DNA of 58,303 nt from a virus. The stretch's first letter is position 1. The number at the start of each line of letters is the position of its first letter. The stretch covers positions 1-58,303 of the IMG/VR virus record IMGVR_UViG_3300045988_124525. The stretch is one strand, 5' to 3'. The translations under genes were made by a program, and so were the position numbers. Below are positions 53,390 to 58,303 of this stretch, one piece after another. The notes under the pieces were generated by a model. That model was not told where the DNA came from and made no database searches. It was given only the letters and a program-made list of their open reading frames with translations.

Positions 53390-54187
53390 TTAAAATCTCA
53401 CGACTTTAGGCTTTTTCTGTAATACATAATATAAAGCCCTCACGCTATCTAGCGGTAAAGAGAAATCGGAAAACTCTGGAGATGGGTTTAGTGAGTGCAA
53501 CGTTATCTTACCCTCGTCCATATCGCAGCCTGTCATCTGCTTTATGAGGACGGATGTCCCAAACACGACAACCCAATAAGGATGATCCTTATATCGCAGC
53601 CCATCTCTCCAATGCGATCTATCCAGCTCCCTAACAAGGACGACATCGCCTTCCTCAAAACTCTCTCTCGTCCCGTTGTCCATGCTGTCCCCTTTAACCT
53701 CAAAAGCTAAATATCTCCCATGGACAATCCGATCCCATTCGAAAGACTCGGTCTCCCAATCCTCCTTATCCGGATCAAGACGATCGCTTTCGTTAGCAAA
53801 CCTGCCATAAGCGCAAAACGGCACCTTGCTGACAGTCATACGATATCGACCATTTCCTAAGTCATAGAATTTAACGCCATTATTATTCTCAATTAAGAAA
53901 TCTCCTTTTTTATCAGCAGACGCAGACACAGCTTCGACAACCACAGGAGAAGATTTTAGCATATCACCCTCTCCCGTAAAAAGCCATCCAGGGTTAACCG
54001 AGGGAAAGGTTGTCAGTATTTTATCCAATACCTTTTTACCATTATCCCTATTTATCCAATTTCCAACGACCTGCCTACTTACTCCTACCTTATCGGCAAA
54101 ATCCGAATTTGACTCACAAAAATGTGTGATAACTTTTAAAATCCTATCTCCGTTAGCTTCCATATTCATATATTTGTTTACACACAT
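53390..54187 (-). CDS. cI: CI/LexA-like repressor (XRE HTH plus S24 peptidase)
   Basis: SDFADKVGVSRQVVGNWI is the HTH. KGDSMDNG and the downstream LIKQM provide the Ser/Lys dyad. Alternative starts at 54169 and 54163. Confidence 0.85.
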   Translation of the reverse strand: MCVNKYMNMEANGDRILKVITHFCESNSDFADKVGVSRQVVGNWINRDNGKKVLDKILTTFPSVNPGWLFTGEGDMLKSSPVVVEAVSASADKKGDFLIENNNGVKFYDLGNGRYRMTVSKVPFCAYGRFANESDRLDPDKEDWETESFEWDRIVHGRYLAFEVKGDSMDNGTRESFEEGDVVLVRELDRSHWRDGLRYKDHPYWVVVFGTSVLIKQMTGCDMDEGKITLHSLNPSPEFSDFSLPLDSVRALYYVLQKKPKVVRF

Positions 54188-54412
54188 CCACTATAAATGA
54201 TGTAGTAATGATTATTCTGGCATGACTCAACAATATCCCGCAATCCTTCAACGACACAAGCTAAAGCCAATAAATTCAATAACAATATATTAATACCATA
54301 TGACAACATAAATAATCATTACGTAATAAATATGGTATCAAGAGATAAAAACAGCATCTTTCGCTACATATATTTTAACAATACAAGCCTCATATAGTTA
54401 AACTATACTTAT

Positions 54413-54497
54413 GTAAACATTATTGTTTAAAACAAACTTGCTATGTTCACATTTTTGTTTACCTTTGCAGTAAACAAAATAGATGAACATTGTTTAC
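54413..54497. promoter_or_regulatory. Immunity-region operators with the TTGTTTAC half-site
   Basis: GTAAACA-ttat-TGTTTAa (54413-30). TTGTTTAC-ctttgca-GTAAACAA (54455-77). Half-sites at 54490-97 and 54174-81. Confidence 0.6.
54437..54467 (+). promoter_or_regulatory. Rightward early promoter overlapped by an operator
   Basis: cTTG (54437-40) - 19 nt - TAccTTTG (54460-67), inside the 54455-77 palindrome. Confidence 0.55.
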
Positions 54498-54516
54498 TAC
54501 AAAAATAATAAAACAA

Positions 54517-54720
54517 ATGAATAAAACAGCAATAAAGACAGTAAAAGTTAGAAGCTTAACATCAATACTGAGAGATCTCGGTATTGGAGACACAGTAAAA
54601 ATCGATAATAATATATTGAGTGTCAAGTCTATTGTATGTAGACTAAATAAAGAAGGATACACATTCGTGACTTCGACAAAAGGCTTAGAAAAAGGTATAA
54701 AGGTAAAACGGGAAAAGTAA
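54517..54720 (+). CDS. First rightward early gene (Cro-position protein)
   Basis: MNKTAIKTVKVRSLTSILRDLGIGDTV... Assigned from its position divergent from cI only. Confidence 0.45.
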   Translation: MNKTAIKTVKVRSLTSILRDLGIGDTVKIDNNILSVKSIVCRLNKEGYTFVTSTKGLEKGIKVKREK

Positions 54721-54923
54721 TGATAAACGAGGAAGCATTAAAAATAGTCCTTAACGATAAGACCTTTGGGCAAAGGACGGCAGCCTCCATAGTAGGAGGA
54801 CGTGGAAGGCTCTACGATTTGGTAGGGAAGGGACTTATCAGATGCGAAAAACCAACAAAATCTCAGAACGGAAAATGGTTTTGTAACGCTTGGGATTGTA
54901 TCAAGTACGCCACCTTGAAATAG
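54720..54923 (+). CDS. Hypothetical protein
   Basis: 67-aa ORF overlapping the previous stop by 1 nt. Confidence 0.45.
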   Translation: MINEEALKIVLNDKTFGQRTAASIVGGRGRLYDLVGKGLIRCEKPTKSQNGKWFCNAWDCIKYATLK

Positions 54924-54932
54924 GTGGGCTAA

Positions 54933-55016
54933 CGCCGGGTAGCACGTAGCAGGAAGCGTCCCTCTCTCCTAAAGAGGAGTAGAAATACCCCGTGGGTTCG
55001 AACCCCACCCCGGTGA
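54933..55016 (+). tRNA. tRNA with anticodon CCU and an unusually long (14-nt) variable region
   Basis: Acceptor cgccggg/cccggtg. Anticodon arm cctct-CU-CCU-AA-agagg (54961-77). Variable arm gta-GAAA-tac. T-arm gtggg-ttcgaac-cccac. A73. The D-stem has an A-C mismatch. Confidence 0.6.
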
Positions 55017-55333
55017 CTAAAAAAGAGTTCTTTGACTTATTGAATAAAATCCTTGCCCCCATAAGAGGATATACGTAAGAGATATAGGTATGGCGGGTAA
55101 GGTTATGATAGTCGAAGATACCGGAAGGGATGATGATCCCCGCTCCCGATGCAGTTCAATCGGTTCCGATGTTGGAGTCTACATATTTATATTAATGTAC
55201 TATATAGAGGATATTCCTTGGGGTGTTATGATCCAGCATTGGTAAACCCTATCCTCTGAAAATATATCCCGGACTGGAGGCGAGAGCCGCTGATCGAATC
55301 GGCTTCCGGGAACGAACTAAAAAAAAGAAAGAC

Positions 55334-55756
55334 ATGGAAGATATTAAGATCAAGAGAGACATTCTAGCCCTCATCGGGCAAGAACCGGTAGGGAAAATGG
55401 AGGAACTTTTCGATTGGCTAAAGGAGAATCGAAATCATGAGGATTACATGATACGTTGCGATTGCGTAAACCGTTCCTATCCAAATCATAAGGCCGTTTA
55501 CGATTGGATAATGACAGGTGATAAAGGGAAGACTGGTAACTCCTCCATCCAAAACACCGACCTATGGTATCTAAGGGAAGGAGATTTCCTTCCGGAGCCT
55601 GTATCGGGCATTTTCAACAATCGAGGGCCGGGCAAGACAGGTATCAAGCTGCTCAAGGAAGCGGGTAACCTCTTCCCCTCAAAGGTAGAAGCTACCATAG
55701 CCTCCGAGAAGATCAGGGAGTTCCTTTGCTCAATAAATAATCCATGGTGTCTCTAA
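55334..55756 (+). CDS. Hypothetical protein
   Basis: 140-aa ORF. Confidence 0.5.
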   Translation: MEDIKIKRDILALIGQEPVGKMEELFDWLKENRNHEDYMIRCDCVNRSYPNHKAVYDWIMTGDKGKTGNSSIQNTDLWYLREGDFLPEPVSGIFNNRGPGKTGIKLLKEAGNLFPSKVEATIASEKIREFLCSINNPWCL

Positions 55757-55784
55757 TCCATTCAATGGCAATTATATAAAAAAT

Positions 55785-56018
55785 ATGGACTACTATCCAA
55801 AAACAGATAAGGAGATTCGGATGTACTGTTTAGAATACATCCGAGACCCTTTTAACATGGCAAAATCGGAAGACATTATCAACTCGGCCCAAAGGATTTA
55901 CGATTTTATCTGCCCGAAGCCGAAGAGCGTGACGGCAAGGCTACGGGAATGGAGAAAGAAATCTCTTGAACGGATTTGTTTGTATCTTCCTTCGATCCTC
56001 CGAAAGAAGCGGAAATAA
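55785..56018 (+). CDS. Hypothetical protein
   Basis: 77-aa ORF. Its 3' 113 nt overlap the convergent ORF 55906..56283. Confidence 0.35.
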   Translation: MDYYPKTDKEIRMYCLEYIRDPFNMAKSEDIINSAQRIYDFICPKPKSVTARLREWRKKSLERICLYLPSILRKKRK

Positions 56019-56283
56019 CGTTTAATATGCCACCGATCTTCCCTTCTATTTGGGCCTTTTCCTCAATCTGGACATTCAACTTGAATTGAACGGATACGAC
56101 AGGCTTAGAGATATCATGTTTATCATTTACTCCCGGGCATAGGATGTGTGGAATACCCTCTAAATGAAATTTTCCTTCAGGATTTACTCCACCATTTCCA
56201 AGTTTTCGATATTCATCATCCGCAAGTCTTGCGCCACTAGCGATCTGTAGTAACGTTTCCTTAATAAAATCTTTTAATTCCAT
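55906..56283 (-). CDS. Trypco2-like (effector-associated) domain protein
   Basis: MELKDFIKETLLQI...VSVQFKLNVQIEEKAQIEGKIGGILNVISASFGGSKEDTNKSVQEISFSIPVALP fits the trypsin-co-occurring domain 2 layout as I recall it. It is a lone minus-strand gene in a plus-strand block. Confidence 0.4.
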   Translation of the reverse strand: MELKDFIKETLLQIASGARLADDEYRKLGNGGVNPEGKFHLEGIPHILCPGVNDKHDISKPVVSVQFKLNVQIEEKAQIEGKIGGILNVISASFGGSKEDTNKSVQEISFSIPVALPSRSSASGR

Positions 56284-56594
56284 ATAGTTTTTTTGTTTAA
56301 CGGCCTAAAGATAGGCAATTTAGCCAAGACCGCAACTATTCCCGCCAAGAGAGCCAAAGACTCGCAGGTTCCGGAGCGAGACCGGAGGCGGGACGAAACC
56401 ATTAGCACTGTTTGACATGTTTATGTGTAATAAAGCTACCAAGACCTTATACCGCCGTGAGGCAGGCAATTAGGAATATTAGTTTTTACTTAAACTGTGC
56501 CGGGGTGGGATTCCCCGGCAAACGCTCCCTTAGCTCAGTTGGTCGAGAGCAACAGATATTTGACATTTTGGAACTAATTAAATAACAAGCAAAA

Positions 56595-57101
56595 ATGAAT
56601 AGATTAAAAGAAATAGAAGATTACAACAGAGACTATTTTATTTCTTGCGAAGGTGAGGTTATATCTTTTAAAGGAAATAAAAAAACGATATTAAAGAAAA
56701 GAATAAACAGAGGTGGATATTATTACGTAAATCTATGTAATAACGGAAAATATAAATCCATACCTATTCATAGATTAGTTGGCATGTATTTTGTTAACAA
56801 ATACAACGTTAGCTTTAATATATTAAATCATATAGATGGAAATAAATTAAACAACCACTACAGCAATCTTGAATGGTGTACTTTATCACATAACTCGAAA
56901 GAAGCATCAAGGCTTGGTCTATTGAGAATTAGAAAAGGAAGCAAATCTAATTTATATACTGGAAAGATAAACAATGAAATTGCTAATAAAATAAGAGATA
57001 TAAGAAACAATAAAAGATTATCTCATAACAAAATAGCTAAAATGTTCAACGTATCTAAAACCACTATAATAAATATTTGCAAGAACAGAATATACATATA
57101 A
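56595..57101 (+). CDS. HNH homing endonuclease with a C-terminal HTH
   Basis: IPIHRLVGMYFV...NHIDGNKLNNHYSNLEWCTLSHN is an HNH_3-type core. KRLSHNKIAKMFNVSKTTIINI is a NUMOD1-like HTH. Confidence 0.8.
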   Translation: MNRLKEIEDYNRDYFISCEGEVISFKGNKKTILKKRINRGGYYYVNLCNNGKYKSIPIHRLVGMYFVNKYNVSFNILNHIDGNKLNNHYSNLEWCTLSHNSKEASRLGLLRIRKGSKSNLYTGKINNEIANKIRDIRNNKRLSHNKIAKMFNVSKTTIINICKNRIYI

Positions 57102-57108
57102 TATGTAC

Positions 57109-57185
57109 CTTGGCGTATCCCCTCAAGCTTATACCTTGTAGAAAGGGTAGTTGGTTGCACGTGGGTTCAAGCCCCTCCGCCAAGA
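57109..57185 (+). ncRNA. Acceptor/T-arm-like element inside the tRNA insertion
   Basis: 7-bp helix cttggcg/cgccaag plus A. gtggg-ttcaagc-ccctc (one mismatch). Arm tacct/gggta with an 8-nt loop. No D-arm. Confidence 0.35.
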
Positions 57186-57298
57186 CAAAACAAAAGTCAA
57201 ATATCTGAAGGTCGCCGGTTCAAGCCCGGCAGGGAGCACGTTTCACCCCTAGGGGTGCTTATTCAATCAGAAAATCAAAGTCACAATTTTTGCAACGC

Positions 57299-57327
57299 AG
57301 GTCTCCGTCCGTGAGGATATGAGGCCT
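57299..57327 (+). promoter_or_regulatory. Conserved GNRA-capped hairpin, copy 2
   Basis: aggtctc-CGTCCGTGAGGATAT-gaggcct. Same 15-nt loop as 5576-5602, with a covarying stem. Confidence 0.5.
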
Positions 57328-57358
57328 TTCTTCCGAATTTTAAAAACAACAATATATA

Positions 57359-57594
57359 TGGAACATGGCATTACAGGACGGATAAAGGAGATATCCAAGG
57401 CCGTCGTTAAACAAGTGATAAACACTTTAAGAATGGCGTTCATGGCGATATTGGTAGTGGCGGCTATACTGGCATTAAACTATTGGTTCGAGGACCCCTT
57501 GAAAAGGGCGGTCTTTTTACTCGGTGGTGCCAGTGTCATATTATATGTAATAATAAAGATATTGGCGGTAAAAAGCTATGGAGACGAGGAATGA
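57359..57594 (+). CDS. Small membrane protein (2 TM)
   Basis: MEHGITGRIKEI...MAFMAILVVAAILALNYW...AVFLLGGASVILYVIIKIL. Confidence 0.5.
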
Positions 57595-57739
57595 TTTCGG
57601 GGTGATATACGTGGTACAAGCCCCTTCAAGACTTAACCGCTCAAGGAAAGACTATATACTAGACGAGTTAAAAGAGCTTAGTAAAGAGGAGCTTATAAAA
57701 ATAAGAAAAGACATTGTAGAACTAATAAACGATAAATAA
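57578..57739 (+). CDS. Hypothetical small protein (53 aa)
   Basis: METRNDFGVIYVVQAPSRLNRSRKDYILDELKELSKEELIKIRKDIVELINDK*. Confidence 0.35.
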   Translation: METRNDFGVIYVVQAPSRLNRSRKDYILDELKELSKEELIKIRKDIVELINDK

Positions 57740-57740
57740 A

Positions 57741-58303
57741 ATGGCTGCTATAAAATCTTACAAGGGATTTGACAAAAATTTAAAATGCCGGGATTTTCAA
57801 TATGAAATAGGCAAGGAATATGAGATGGATGGAGAGATCAAGGTGTGTAACAGAGGGTTTCACGCTTGCGAAAGCCCATTTGATGTTTTTGATCACTATA
57901 CTATGATAGACTCTAGGTTTTGCGAAGTAGAGCAAGACGGGAATATATCCAAGGAGGATAGAGGGACAAAGATTTGCTCCTCGAAAATAAAAATAAAAGC
58001 AGAGTTAAAATTGGCTGACATGATCTATCTTGGAGTCGAATGGCTAAAAGAGATCACATCACCTGAAAAAATAAAAACGAGCATAAAGGATAATTCATCC
58101 GGCTACGGTGCCAAGATAGGATCATCCGGCTACGGTGCCAAGATAGGATCATCCGGCTACGATGCCCAGATAGGATCATCCGGCAACTATGCCCAGATAG
58201 GATCATCCGGCGACGGTGCCCAGATAGGATCATCCGGCGACGATGCCCAGATAGGATCATCCGGCAACGATGCCAAGATAGGATCATCCGGCAACGATGC
58301 CAA
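57741..58303 (+). CDS. 5' part of a DUF7666-like tandem-repeat protein (continues at nt 1)
   Basis: MAAIKSYKGFDKNLKCRDFQYEIGKEYEMDGEIKVCNRGFHACESPFDVFDHY matches the DUF7666 N-terminal pattern as I recall it. It is followed by (I)GSSGxxA(K/Q) repeats. Confidence 0.7.
   Translation, partial: MAAIKSYKGFDKNLKCRDFQYEIGKEYEMDGEIKVCNRGFHACESPFDVFDHYTMIDSRFCEVEQDGNISKEDRGTKICSSKIKIKAELKLADMIYLGVEWLKEITSPEKIKTSIKDNSSGYGAKIGSSGYGAKIGSSGYDAQIGSSGNYAQIGSSGDGAQIGSSGDDAQIGSSGNDAKIGSSGNDA
58095..58303 (+). repeat. Tandem 27-nt coding repeats (about 8 copies, continuing into nt 1-45)
   Basis: The unit tcatccggcNNNNNNgccMagatagga encodes SSG(Y/N/D)(G/D/Y)A(K/Q)IG. Variation is confined to codons 4-5 and 7. 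Confidence 0.9.

Larger units (their letters stand above)
56558..57202 (+). mobile_element. Insertion / candidate intron carrying an HNH endonuclease gene
   Basis: Bounded by the inverted repeat atttgac(a)ttttg / caaaagtcaaat, which extends the anticodon stem by 12+5 bp. AT-rich. Confidence 0.55.
56524..57238 (+). tRNA. tRNA gene split in the anticodon arm by a ~638-nt insertion
   Basis: 5' half: gctccct-ta-gctc-agttggtcga-gagc-aa-cagat (56524-57). 3' half: atctg-aaggtc-gccgg-ttcaagc-ccggc-agggagc-a (57203-38). The acceptor and anticodon stems are perfectly complementary. Confidence 0.65.

Noticed and set aside
56558-57202. Calling the tRNA insertion a canonical group I intron
   Set aside because: No placement with a U-ending 5' exon and a 3' terminal intron G yields a 7-nt anticodon loop. 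Only ~140 nt lie outside the ORF, and I could not recognise P7/P3 or the conserved R/S-like core sequences by eye. I leave it as an unclassified insertion or candidate intron pending covariance-model search.
58054-58287. Minus-strand ORF MILSWHRCRMILSGHRRR... with striking periodicity
   Set aside because: It is the antisense reading of the 27-nt coding repeats of the plus-strand DUF7666-like gene. The plus-strand frame gives a recognisable domain and continues across the junction.
58095-58303. Regular 27-nt repeats as a possible CRISPR array
   Set aside because: The units are contiguous with no spacers, they are in frame within an ORF, and they vary only at specific codons. This is a coding tandem repeat, not repeat-spacer architecture.
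1-58303. Genome-wide TAG (or TGA) stop-codon recoding
   Set aside because: Long late genes are intact under the standard code. TAG terminates at least 2148..2582 and 6441..7307. No tRNA with a CUA or UCA anticodon was seen. Only one gene has an internal TAG.

Overview
The window is a complete, circularly assembled ~58.3-kb genome of a temperate tailed phage; nt 1-38 are identical to 58266-58303. The signals are Bacteroidota-type: TTTG-N19-21-TAnnTTTG promoters, no Shine-Dalgarno sites, lipobox proteins, and DUF4373/DUF4494 genes.

Layout:
- Plus-strand early arm (0.3-15.3 kb): ERF recombinase, SSB-like protein, NinG, DUF4373 initiator plus DnaC-like loader, DNA methyltransferase, an acyl-carrier-protein homologue, an antirepressor, and many small ORFs.
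- Minus-strand late arm (50.7 down to 15.4 kb): small and large terminase, portal, HK97-type protease and capsid, tail tube, tape measure, tail-tip and fibre genes, holin, amidase. This is followed by accessory cassettes.
- Lysogeny module (51.8-54.5 kb): tyrosine integrase, an attP that is the 3' 42 nt of a tRNA-Arg(UCU), and an S24 CI-like repressor with TTGTTTAC operators.
- A tRNA / tRNA-like cluster (54.9-57.3 kb).

Observations most worth follow-up:
1. A tRNA gene is split in its anticodon arm by a ~638-nt insert that carries an HNH homing endonuclease and a second acceptor/T-arm-like element.
2. An AT-rich three-gene cassette with its own terminator encodes a GHKL ATPase/kinase, a STAS-like DUF4325 protein and a small ORF. 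This looks like a partner-switching module and has no role I can assign.
3. A ~6.5-kb accessory island sits inside the tail operon, bracketed by two copies of a 5-copy conserved hairpin element. It carries an XRE-HicAB locus with four operators, self-promoted lipoprotein genes, three antirepressor paralogues (one with an in-frame TAG), and ~640 nt of highly structured non-coding sequence.
4. A second receptor-binding gene is followed by a duplicated holin 5' fragment, which looks like a recombination scar.
5. Several acceptor/T-arm tRNA-like RNAs do not form a canonical cloverleaf.

All functional calls come from reading the translated sequence for motifs. No database search was run.
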